A DNA stretch of 64,000 bases, from positions 640,001 to 704,000 of the forward strand of contig OZ244057.1 of the NCBI GenBank assembly GCA_965215515.1. The letters are read 5' to 3'. Under the pieces are notes generated by a model, which did not search any database, had not been told where the DNA came from, and worked only from the letters and a program-made list of their open reading frames with translations. Source of the stretch: Oligoflexales bacterium. Its GTDB lineage: Bacteria; Bdellovibrionota_B; Oligoflexia; Oligoflexales; JAPPIL01. This document shows, one piece after another, positions 48,205 through 57,030 of this stretch. Position 1 is the stretch's first letter. Every line of letters starts with the position of its first letter. The translations under genes were made by a program, and so were the position numbers.

Positions 48205-51102
48205 TCAACGCAGTAAAATCCCTGTATTGTCGCTCAAGTTTATCTTGTGTGTCAAATAAAGAGGAGTATTTATCTTTTCGTTAATGCGTGGATACTTGTC
48301 TGGGTACATACTGGTAATTTTATCATAGGACTTAAGCATCCAAGCGGTGAAGATATTTCCCTGTTGTGCTTTTTGCCACGCGGCGTAATAGTATTTGTAG
48401 GCTTCATTGCGCAGTGGGAAGGCTGCTTTCTCCATGCGGGTACGGTAGGAGTCAACTTCCTGTTGTGATGCCCCTACTAGCTTAGGGGCATTGAAAATCA
48501 TCGTAGCAAAGTTCTCATGCATCTCACCTAGTTTGTAAAACGAAGCAGTTTGCCAAACAGGGTCACCCATCTTGATGATTTTTTCAAAATCAGCTACGAG
48601 ACGAAGTAATTTTTGCTGCTTTTGCTGCACTATCGTATCGACATGTACCGAATCATCGATGGCTATAACTAAAAATTCGTGCAGCGGTTTAAGCAGCAAC
48701 TTAAAACGTAAAGCTGAAATTAAATCTCTAAATGTATCTGCATGGGCTTGCAATTTATTGATAGCATAAAGCAAACGCTTGTCATGCCCATTGTCGTAAA
48801 GTACACCAAAAAAATCTAGATCAAATTTAACTGTCGGTAAGTGAGGGCTAGCAAGTAAATGTTTATAGATACGCCAAGCCTCATCATGATTACCCGCTTT
48901 GATGTGCACCATAGCCAACGTCACATAAAAGTCTTGTGATAAATTAACAGTGATTTTTTTGCGAATATAATCCGCCGCTTGTAAGGATTCGTGCAACATC
49001 CCCTGATAAAAATAGTAGCGCATAGCTCTCGCTAAAGCTAAATAGCTATGCTTACTCTTGGTAAACTGCGTGCCAAAGGTATAGTAATAACGAGCTGCAA
49101 GCACAAATAAGCCTGCCTTCTCATGTGTGCGCGCAAGAGTCAGCAACGCCTCTTGGCTGAATTTAGACTGCGGGTAACTTTCTACCAGTATGTTATGGCT
49201 ATTTATTGCTGCATCGTTCTCACCTGCCAAATAAAAGTTTTCACCTGCTAAAAACAACGCTTTGTCCGCGAGCTTATCTTCTTCGAAAAGATTTTGATAG
49301 TGCATAAACTGTTTTGCTGCTGCCTGATGCTGTTTTTCTTCCTGTAGCTGTTGAGCGAGAGAATAGTTTGCTTTACGGTAAGCGCTGGCAAGCATTTTTA
49401 TAGCCTGATCAGTCATGCTCGCTTGCAGTTTACGATTAGCATCTATCCACGCGATAATAGTGCGCCAATTCTTGTCGTCAATCTGTAACTTAAGCATAAT
49501 ACGTACCGCCTGCTCAGCCTCTTTGCCATCGGTAAAAGTTTCTAGCAGAGTTTGAAGACGTTGCTTAGCACGCTCGATATTTTTCAGTTTCAACTCCATG
49601 TTTGCCGCGACAAGCAAAAGTTGCCGTGCCTCAGCTTCTTCAGAAAAGAGATGTAAATAATTATCAACGGCTTGCTTGTATTTTAATTTAATACTTGCAC
49701 TCTCCGATTTGGTAAATTCATCCGTGGCTGTGAGAAGTTTTTTCATCGATTTAATAGCATGCAAAGCTGCAATTTTGGTCAGTGCTTCTTGACGATCACC
49801 GCGGTTAGAAATTGCCAGGTAGTGTTGTGCTGAACGCTCAAAATAATTAAACTCATAAAGAATTTCTGCTAATAAAAACCTCGCTTGCAAATAATTTTTA
49901 CTGTCAGGAAAGGTCTTTAGATATACTTGAATGATAGAACGTGCTTGCTTGCGTGCATCATGATAACGTGGATCAGTGCCAAGCTCGTAAAGATGCCGAG
50001 CATACTTCCATATTGTCTCGTTGAGTTTGGCGATACGGTGCGATGTCCGTGCCTGATTTCTGTTACGCAAATACCAAGTTGAACTTTTTCTGACAAAATT
50101 ATCAGGAATCTTTTGGATAAAAGTAACCAACTGCTGATGCTTCCCGCTTGCGTAGAGTAACGCTAATAACTTCTGCATGTGGTCAGGAGCTTCAGGCAAC
50201 AAAGCAGTTGCTTTTAGCAACCTCTTATAAACCGCGACAGCTTTGGCTTTTTGTTTTCTTTTAAGGTAAAGCTGCGCCGTGCGCCGCATAGTAAAGTGCC
50301 ATGCGTCTTTTCTCCCCAGCACAGTAAAAAACTTCTGTGCCGCATTTATATCCCTAGTCTCACTCCACACATGGGCGAGATCATACATTGCATCTTCATG
50401 CAAATCCAGTAAATGCTCATCGCTACTGTCATGTGTCGTGGTAATGGCTTTCTTGAACGCATTGATAGCACGAGGGAGATGTTGCCGCGTGCGACTGTGC
50501 AGATAAAGATAATTCCACGCGATTTTATAGATAGCGAAAGGGTAGGCATCATGTTTGCGGTACGCAAGCACTTTCTTATAGTATTTTTTTGCCTGACGAT
50601 ATTTACCTGCCGCGAACAGATGCTCGGCACGCGCGAGATGCACATACGGGATAATATGGTTGTTGTTAGCTTGTTGGCTTAATTTGCGGTAGTAGAAAAG
50701 CGCATTGTCGTTACCGAGACGAGATAAGGTTAGAGCAAGTTGCAGAGTTGCACGCCGCGCCAACTTGCGACTGCCACGTATTTTAAGCACACGTCGTAAA
50801 GCATTGGCAGCACGAATTAGATCGCGGTGTTGCACTTCAGTCTTTTGCAGATGAATCTGCGCAAGTTTGAACAACAGCTTTTGTTTTTGCACAGGAGAAA
50901 TACCACTGACATTGATGACTGACTCGATCGTTGTCACCATCTTGTCATCTTTCACGCCCTGATGACGAGGCTGCATACTATCAAAGTAGGCGACAAAACG
51001 TTCGAAGGTGGGCTTTATCTCCTTGAGATCAGCTCGTAAATGCTCTGTCATGCAAACTTGCATCAGCAGGATTAGCACCAACCCTCTGCTAAACATAGTC
51101 AT
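48205..51102 (-). CDS. Large exported TPR protein (GltD/AgmU-like)
   Basis: Signal peptide, many TPRs (YKIAW, FPDS...ARFLLAE); C-terminal W..ASFYKLG...FA...AP...Y...A.PL..EA...Y recalled from GltD-family proteins. Confidence 0.7.
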   Translation of the reverse strand: MTMFSRGLVLILLMQVCMTEHLRADLKEIKPTFERFVAYFDSMQPRHQGVKDDKMVTTIESVINVSGISPVQKQKLLFKLAQIHLQKTEVQHRDLIRAANALRRVLKIRGSRKLARRATLQLALTLSRLGNDNALFYYRKLSQQANNNHIIPYVHLARAEHLFAAGKYRQAKKYYKKVLAYRKHDAYPFAIYKIAWNYLYLHSRTRQHLPRAINAFKKAITTTHDSSDEHLLDLHEDAMYDLAHVWSETRDINAAQKFFTVLGRKDAWHFTMRRTAQLYLKRKQKAKAVAVYKRLLKATALLPEAPDHMQKLLALLYASGKHQQLVTFIQKIPDNFVRKSSTWYLRNRNQARTSHRIAKLNETIWKYARHLYELGTDPRYHDARKQARSIIQVYLKTFPDSKNYLQARFLLAEILYEFNYFERSAQHYLAISNRGDRQEALTKIAALHAIKSMKKLLTATDEFTKSESASIKLKYKQAVDNYLHLFSEEAEARQLLLVAANMELKLKNIERAKQRLQTLLETFTDGKEAEQAVRIMLKLQIDDKNWRTIIAWIDANRKLQASMTDQAIKMLASAYRKANYSLAQQLQEEKQHQAAAKQFMHYQNLFEEDKLADKALFLAGENFYLAGENDAAINSHNILVESYPQSKFSQEALLTLARTHEKAGLFVLAARYYYTFGTQFTKSKHSYLALARAMRYYFYQGMLHESLQAADYIRKKITVNLSQDFYVTLAMVHIKAGNHDEAWRIYKHLLASPHLPTVKFDLDFFGVLYDNGHDKRLLYAINKLQAHADTFRDLISALRFKLLLKPLHEFLVIAIDDSVHVDTIVQQKQQKLLRLVADFEKIIKMGDPVWQTASFYKLGEMHENFATMIFNAPKLVGASQQEVDSYRTRMEKAAFPLRNEAYKYYYAAWQKAQQGNIFTAWMLKSYDKITSMYPDKYPRINEKINTPLYLTHKINLSDNTGILLR

Positions 51103-51200
51103 TTCTCCCTATTGAAAATCCTGACAGCCATCTGTAGAAAGTTTCGACAATTGCGGGAAAAAGCTTAGCGGACCAACCTAAAAAAATGTCTGTGCCACAC

Positions 51201-51258
51201 TAACTATCTGATATTACTAAGATGAGCGCTTAGCTGGGCCGCTGGTCTATTTCTTGCT
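51201..51258 (+). promoter_or_regulatory. Putative sigma54 promoter with upstream IHF site for gspC
   Basis: TGGTCTATTTCTTGCT (GG-N10-GC) at 51243-51258; reverse complement of 51201-51213 is TATCAGATAGTTA, matching WATCARN4TTR. Confidence 0.55.
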
Positions 51259-51301
51259 TCTATCTCGATGGAAAGCAGTTTTCACCTGATGATGAGGAAA
51301 G

Positions 51302-51988
51302 ATGATGAGAACGATGATGACAGTCATGTTAGTAGCGGTAACTCTAGGAACAGGTAGCTCCGCCCTGGGCAAATCAGCAGCAACGAAACGTAAAAATTTC
51401 GGTTATCTGGTGCTCGGCACGATCGTTTCTGCCAACAAAAATAACAGCGTAGCACTGGTTAAGCACCGTGCCTCGGGCAAAACCACGGCGGTGCGTGTAG
51501 GGCAAAAAATAAGCAAGAACTTGTTACTGAATGCTGTCAGCAAGAAAGTAGTGCAGGTGAGGCATAAAGGAAAAACTTACCTCATCAGGGTAGGCAGTGC
51601 GGAGGAATTCAGCCCCGCCAGTAACAAGCGTAGCATCGCCCAGCAAGAGGGTTTGCAGCGCAAAAACGATAACGTCACCGTTAGTGAAGCTTACAAAGAT
51701 CATTTGCTGAAGAACGAATTGAACAAAATTCTCATGCAGGCTGCCGCAGTACCTGCAATAGAAGATGGCAGAGTCAGGGGTTTTACGCTGTGGGAAATTG
51801 AAAAGGGCAGTATCTACGAAAAACTCGGTTTCCAAAACGGCGACACAGTAACCAATATCAATGGGAACGAACTTGTCGATGCAGGACAAGCGGTCAAGGT
51901 ACTGGTATCACTAAAGAGCACTAAAAATCTTGCCCTCAAGTATACTCGCAACGGAGTCGAACAACAGATGAAGGTGCGAGTGCAGTGA
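51302..51988 (+). CDS. gspC: Type II secretion GspC-like protein with PDZ domain
   Basis: LGTI...ALV...VRVG HR domain; ILMQAAAVP...GF...GSIYEKLGFQNGD...ING PDZ domain. Confidence 0.8.
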   Translation: MMRTMMTVMLVAVTLGTGSSALGKSAATKRKNFGYLVLGTIVSANKNNSVALVKHRASGKTTAVRVGQKISKNLLLNAVSKKVVQVRHKGKTYLIRVGSAEEFSPASNKRSIAQQEGLQRKNDNVTVSEAYKDHLLKNELNKILMQAAAVPAIEDGRVRGFTLWEIEKGSIYEKLGFQNGDTVTNINGNELVDAGQAVKVLVSLKSTKNLALKYTRNGVEQQMKVRVQ

Positions 51989-52027
51989 TCAGCAGAACCG
52001 CGGCATGCAGTTCGTCAACGATAGGAC

Positions 52028-52054
52028 TCCCCAGTATGCGTACCATGCTGGGGA
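52028..52054. terminator. Stem-loop between the convergent gspC and HAD genes
   Basis: TCCCCAGTATG-CGTAC-CATGCTGGGGA. Confidence 0.5.
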
Positions 52055-52074
52055 ACCCGTGCGTCAGGGTAACA

Positions 52075-52941
52075 TTATAGTAGCTGGGTAAGGTTGGTGA
52101 TCACGAAATCTGGCTCAGCTGTCGGATGGTTTGTGCGGCAGGAAGACTTGTCGCCCGCATAGAGTACTGAGTGCAAACCGTTACGATTAGCACTGTCGAT
52201 ATCATTGGCATAATCGTTCCCGACGTAGAGAGTCCGCGCAGGGTTGATGCCCATCTCGGTAAGTTGTTCTTTGGCTTCGACGAAAAAATAATCATCAGGT
52301 TTAGCATAGCCGTGTTGAAACGAATAAAAGGTCAGGCGTTGCTCAAACCACGGAATAACCGCGGTGCTGAAACTCAACTCACAGTCGAGAAAATAGCTGA
52401 TGATAATCGGGGTGTAGAACTGGGCGTTGGAAATTACCCCCAGCGGGATTTGCTTCGCGGCTAAACCTTTAACGGTGACCAACAGATCAGGCTGAGGCCA
52501 GACACGATGCGTCGCGAGGGCGTAAAGAAAGGCGAACAGCTCTACCTGCTGTAGGTGTTTAGCTCCACCGCGCAGGAGTTCCTTCTGCAAAACCTGCGCC
52601 CATACGTTGCGAAAATCGATCTCCGTCGGCTTCTGCCCTCTTGCCCGCAGAGTTTCTGTGTTGCTCCGCAGTCGGTGATAGAAATCGTTCCTGATAGCAT
52701 GACAGTGATGCGCTGTGGGTGGCGTAAGGTCAGGAAAGACATCACCACAGATGTCTGCAATAGCGTCGGCCTGTGCGTCGGCGGTGGTCACTTGCGAGGT
52801 CAACAACGTGCCGTAAATGTCGAATAGCACCGCCTCATAGGCGCGGGGGGGGCGTGACTTAACCTGTGCAGGGACGACCGCCAGTGGCTGTAGACGTTGC
52901 AGGTAACGACGAATTATCGCGATGCGAGTGTCCGATGTCAT
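52075..52941 (-). CDS. HAD family hydrolase
   Basis: LFDIYGTL, VISNAQFYT, AKPD, YVGND..NDI; start uncertain. Confidence 0.85.
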   Translation of the reverse strand: MTSDTRIAIIRRYLQRLQPLAVVPAQVKSRPPRAYEAVLFDIYGTLLTSQVTTADAQADAIADICGDVFPDLTPPTAHHCHAIRNDFYHRLRSNTETLRARGQKPTEIDFRNVWAQVLQKELLRGGAKHLQQVELFAFLYALATHRVWPQPDLLVTVKGLAAKQIPLGVISNAQFYTPIIISYFLDCELSFSTAVIPWFEQRLTFYSFQHGYAKPDDYFFVEAKEQLTEMGINPARTLYVGNDYANDIDSANRNGLHSVLYAGDKSSCRTNHPTAEPDFVITNLTQLL

Positions 52942-53081
52942 TACAACCCTCCGAACTGAAATTCTAACATGCGGGCAGCACGACCGACAAGTTGATTTTG
53001 CCCGACAAAACACTTAGCATCGTGCGGACAGCGTTGTATAGTGGCAGAAACGTGTTTTTAGACGCACACGACGGAGGTGGC

Positions 53082-55751
53082 ATGCTGCACGAAAGTCTGG
53101 CTGAGTTTGAAGGCAACTGTGCTTACGAGGGACAGGATTGCAGTTATCTCGACTTGCCGCGTCTTGCCGTCGCCTGGGGGTTGGAGTTGCCGCGTTTGCC
53201 GTTTTCACTGCGCGTGTTGCTGGAGAATATCGTGCGCAATCAACCGCAACAGTTGTCCGCCACCCGCCAGATTTTTGCTACCTGGCTACAGCAACGTCGT
53301 TCTGACGCGGAGATTTTTTATCAGCCGATGCGGGTATTGATGCAGGATTTTACGGGTGTGCCCGCTATCGTCGATCTTGCCGCCCTGCGCGACCACATCG
53401 CCACACAGGGCGGTGACCCGCGCACAGTGACTCCTCTGTCGCCCGTCGATCTGGTCATCGACCATTCGCTGGCGGTCGATCATTACGGCAATGCCCAAGC
53501 CCTGAGGCGTAACATCGAGATCGAATTCGCCCGCAACCGCGAACGCTATGAGCTCCTCAAATGGGCACAGTCGAGTTTTGACAATGTGCGGGTCGTGCCA
53601 CCAGGCACTGGCATTTGCCATCAAGTCAACCTCGAATACCTCGCTCAGGTCATCTGGCACGATCGTGGACAGGGTTGTTTGTGCCCTGATACGCTCGTCG
53701 GCACAGACAGTCACACGACGATGATCAACGCACTCGGGATACTGGGCTGGGGGGTAGGAGGGATTGAAGCCGAGGCCGCTATGTTGCGGCAGCCAATTTC
53801 CATGTTGTTGCCTGAAGTTTGTGGCGTGGAAATTCGCGGTGAGTTGCGTGAAGGTGTGACTGCTACCGACCTGGTGCTGCATATCGTCACCGTTTTGCGC
53901 CGCACGGGTGTGGTCGGTAAGTTTGTCGAGTACTATGGTTCTGGCCTCGATACGTTGCGTCTCGCAGAACGAGCGACGCTGGCGAACATGGCACCTGAGT
54001 ACGGTGCAACTTGTGGTTATTTTCCTGTCGATGCTGAGACGATGCGTTATTTAGCGTTGACAGGCAAATCGCCGCCGCAGCTGGCGATGATTGAGTTTAT
54101 CAGCAAGGCGATGGGTTTGTGGCGGGAGACGGAGCAGACCCCTGTCTATAGCGAAATGGTCACAGTCGACCTCGATGCTATCGTGCCTGCTATTGCGGGG
54201 CCGAAGCGTCCTCAGGATCTTCTCCCTTTGCCCGCGGTTAAAAAATCTTTTCAAGCCCAGCTCAAGGAGGTCTTCCACATCGACACGGCACGCCAGCCAC
54301 CACGTACCTTGAGGCATGGCAGTGTGGTTATCTGTGCGATTACTAGTTGCACTAACACTTCTAATCCGAGTGTGATGATTGCGGCGGGGTTGGTGGCACA
54401 AAAGGCATGTGCGCAGGGACTCGAGGTCAAGTCGTGGGTCAAGACTTCGCTCGCACCAGGCTCGCAGGTAGTGTCTGAATATCTGCAAGCTTCTGGTTTA
54501 CAGGTGCACCTCGATGCTCTTGGTTTTCACAACGTCGGTTATGGATGTACCACTTGTATCGGCAATTCGGGTGATTTGGCCGAGGGGGTAAGTGAGGTTG
54601 TCAATGCGCATGATCTCGTCGTCTGTTCGGTGCTGTCGGGCAATCGCAACTTTGAGGGACGCATCAATCAGGACGTGCGCGCTAACTTTCTTGCGTCACC
54701 TCCTCTGGTGGTCATCTATGCTTTAGCAGGGCGAGTTGACATCGACTTCGAACGTGAGCCACTCGGCAACAATCAGCGCGGCGAAGCGGTTTTTCTGCGT
54801 GATGTATGGCCTAGCAGCGTTGAGATCGACGCGGTTATCGACGCGACGGTCAAGCCTGAACTGTTCCACAAACGCTACCGCACGGTACTGCAAGGTTCGC
54901 GGGAGTGGCAGCAAGTAGGTGGTCGTGGCGGTGTACGTTATCGGTGGCAGAAGGACAGCACCTACATCCGCAAGCCTGATTTCTTCACGCACACACCGCC
55001 TGCGGATTTTGCGAGAGCACGGGTGTTGTTACAGCTGGGCGACAGTGTGACCACCGACCACATTTCTCCTGCAGGGACGATCAAGCCTGACAGTCCCGCG
55101 GGGATCTATTTGCGGGAGCGTGGTATTGCGAGTAAAGATTTTAATTCTTACGGGGCGCGTCGTGGCAACCATGAGATAATGATGCGTGGCACGTTTGCCA
55201 ACGTCAGGATTAAAAACCTGCTACTCGCTAATGTCGAGGGTGGTTTCACCAGACATGCGGACAGCGGCGAGCAGTTGAGTGTTTATGATGCGGCCATGCG
55301 TTATCGTGCCAGCGACACACCGTTGGTGATAGTTGCGGGGCACAACTATGGTAGCGGCTCGTCTCGCGATTGGGCGGCGAAAGGGCCGCGTTTGTTGGGG
55401 GTAAGGGTGGTAATCTGTGCCTCGATCGAACGCATTCACCGTTCCAATCTCATCGGCATGGGAATTTTACCGCTGGAGGACCGTGCGCAGCAGATTACTG
55501 CCCAGCGGCTGCATGGGGATGAATTTTTCCGTTTCCGCGGGATAGCTGATTTACAACCGCAGGGCGAGGTAGTGTGCACTTTCAGTCGTGACGGACAAAC
55601 ACCGCAGCAGGTGCGCCTGCGCTGCCGTATCGACACTGCCAAAGAGCTGGCATGTTACCGCGACGGCGGCATCCTGCCGCTGGTGGCACGAAGGCTTGTG
55701 GCGAGGGGCACGAGCGAGCTGGGGAACGCACACGAAGTACGAACTACATGA
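53082..55751 (+). CDS. acnA: Aconitate hydratase A
   Basis: MQDFTGVPA, GTDSHTTM, ITSCTNTSNP, GCTTCIGNSG, TTDHISPAG, YGSGSSRDWAAKG; GGAGG RBS before 53082. Confidence 0.95.
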   Translation: MLHESLAEFEGNCAYEGQDCSYLDLPRLAVAWGLELPRLPFSLRVLLENIVRNQPQQLSATRQIFATWLQQRRSDAEIFYQPMRVLMQDFTGVPAIVDLAALRDHIATQGGDPRTVTPLSPVDLVIDHSLAVDHYGNAQALRRNIEIEFARNRERYELLKWAQSSFDNVRVVPPGTGICHQVNLEYLAQVIWHDRGQGCLCPDTLVGTDSHTTMINALGILGWGVGGIEAEAAMLRQPISMLLPEVCGVEIRGELREGVTATDLVLHIVTVLRRTGVVGKFVEYYGSGLDTLRLAERATLANMAPEYGATCGYFPVDAETMRYLALTGKSPPQLAMIEFISKAMGLWRETEQTPVYSEMVTVDLDAIVPAIAGPKRPQDLLPLPAVKKSFQAQLKEVFHIDTARQPPRTLRHGSVVICAITSCTNTSNPSVMIAAGLVAQKACAQGLEVKSWVKTSLAPGSQVVSEYLQASGLQVHLDALGFHNVGYGCTTCIGNSGDLAEGVSEVVNAHDLVVCSVLSGNRNFEGRINQDVRANFLASPPLVVIYALAGRVDIDFEREPLGNNQRGEAVFLRDVWPSSVEIDAVIDATVKPELFHKRYRTVLQGSREWQQVGGRGGVRYRWQKDSTYIRKPDFFTHTPPADFARARVLLQLGDSVTTDHISPAGTIKPDSPAGIYLRERGIASKDFNSYGARRGNHEIMMRGTFANVRIKNLLLANVEGGFTRHADSGEQLSVYDAAMRYRASDTPLVIVAGHNYGSGSSRDWAAKGPRLLGVRVVICASIERIHRSNLIGMGILPLEDRAQQITAQRLHGDEFFRFRGIADLQPQGEVVCTFSRDGQTPQQVRLRCRIDTAKELACYRDGGILPLVARRLVARGTSELGNAHEVRTT

Positions 55752-55767
55752 TGTGATGATGCGTTAA

Positions 55768-56184
55768 TCTAGCATCAAAATCGAGCACAAGAGCACACAG
55801 GATAAGAGGCTTTTAGGACAGCTGCTGAATTATCAGGCACTGCTGGAAACACACATGGATGACAAGGTAATTACCATTGTTATTTCTAACGCTAAAGGAC
55901 GTTGGCGCATGCCAATGAGTTTTCAGGGCAAGTTCGCCAAGAGTGCCAATGCCATAGGCAGCAACGTAGCCCTAGATTTCGGCTATTTGCTGTTCCATAT
56001 GCCCGACTATAGTCAAGAGGATATCATCAAGATATTTCCCAAGAGCCACCCCTACGTTCTGCCGCTGCATTGCATTAGGGACTTGACCCGTGAGAAGGTG
56101 GCTAAATTTTTTCGCACCACCCTGATATTGGAGATCGATGTGCCCGACAGTCAAGAGTTGGCTAGCCCACGGCTAAGCCGATAA
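55768..56184 (+). pseudogene. Truncated Rpn/YhgA-like (Transposase_31) nuclease remnant
   Basis: The frame is open from 55768 without a start codon: IEHKSTQDKRLLGQLLNYQ...VITIVISNAKGRWRMPMSF...LDFGYLL. Confidence 0.7.
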
Positions 56185-56219
56185 CGCCACCCTCCCCTTC
56201 CGCCTTGCCACATAAACCC

Positions 56220-56560
56220 CTTCGCGTTTCAGTATTTTGATAATCGTGTTGCCGTGCTAACTTTTACCCTGCTGCTTGGTGGAGATTTTCATGGTGTTCA
56301 AGAATCGGGCAATGGCATTCGTGCTGATGCCCTCGCTATACATTTGTCTGATGGTGGCGATGGTTCTTTGCTCGCCCTTGTGGTCGATGATCTTGTAGCC
56401 GATCCGCCGTTTGCCGCATGGAGAGCAGATTTTCGAGATATTTCTGTCTGAGCACACAGGCGGAGATTGGCGGGGAGGTGCTATAGGTGCATGATGTCAT
56501 TGATAATTGCTGATTGGACACATTTTCTGTGGGTTGGTTGACTAACTCCACTGATCTCAC
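56220..56560 (-). pseudogene. Decayed recombinase-domain (large serine recombinase type) gene, copy 1
   Basis: LRQKYLENLLSMRQ, a frame break, then GKRR...DHKGEQRTIATIRQMYSEGIS..IARFLNTMKISTKQQGKS*HGNTIIKILKRE; the TAG sits where copy 2 has Trp. Confidence 0.7.
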
Positions 56561-56672
56561 TCACCCGTCCCCGCTAGGGAGGACGATACATGGAGAGTGG
56601 CTCTTCAGGAAGGTTGATTTTGTTGATGAAAATGCTGATAAGTATTACGCTAGGTGTGCAGGAGGATAAGGG

Positions 56673-56918
56673 ATGCCTGATCAGTTGGAGAGAGATAAAA
56701 ATATAAATTTTTTCAAGGAAAACCTTAGTGGTTGGATTGCCAACATAGCCTACAAGCGCAAGTATGTGGTCATAGCAGATCAGGAGGTCAAGGCTGTGCA
56801 TAATAGTTTCCACGATGCGTTGACCTTTGCTGCAGCTAATCTGGTTAGAGGGGAATTCATCATCCAGCAGGTCATTGGTGAAGATGAGCAGGTTGATTTT
56901 CTAGTGTTGGCTTCTTGA
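56673..56918 (+). CDS. Small hypothetical protein, DUF5678-like
   Basis: GGAGG RBS; FFKENL...YKRKYVVIADQEV....SFHDAL...GEFIIQQV pattern. Confidence 0.55.
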   Translation: MPDQLERDKNINFFKENLSGWIANIAYKRKYVVIADQEVKAVHNSFHDALTFAAANLVRGEFIIQQVIGEDEQVDFLVLAS

Positions 56919-57030
56919 ATGAGAAAGGGTAGCCGCTCCTGCCTTGACACACAAAATTTTTTAAACTCTCGCAATCAACAACTTTTAGAGTATCTCCAGT
57001 CGAACTATATGCATGCCATTGGTGAGGTCA

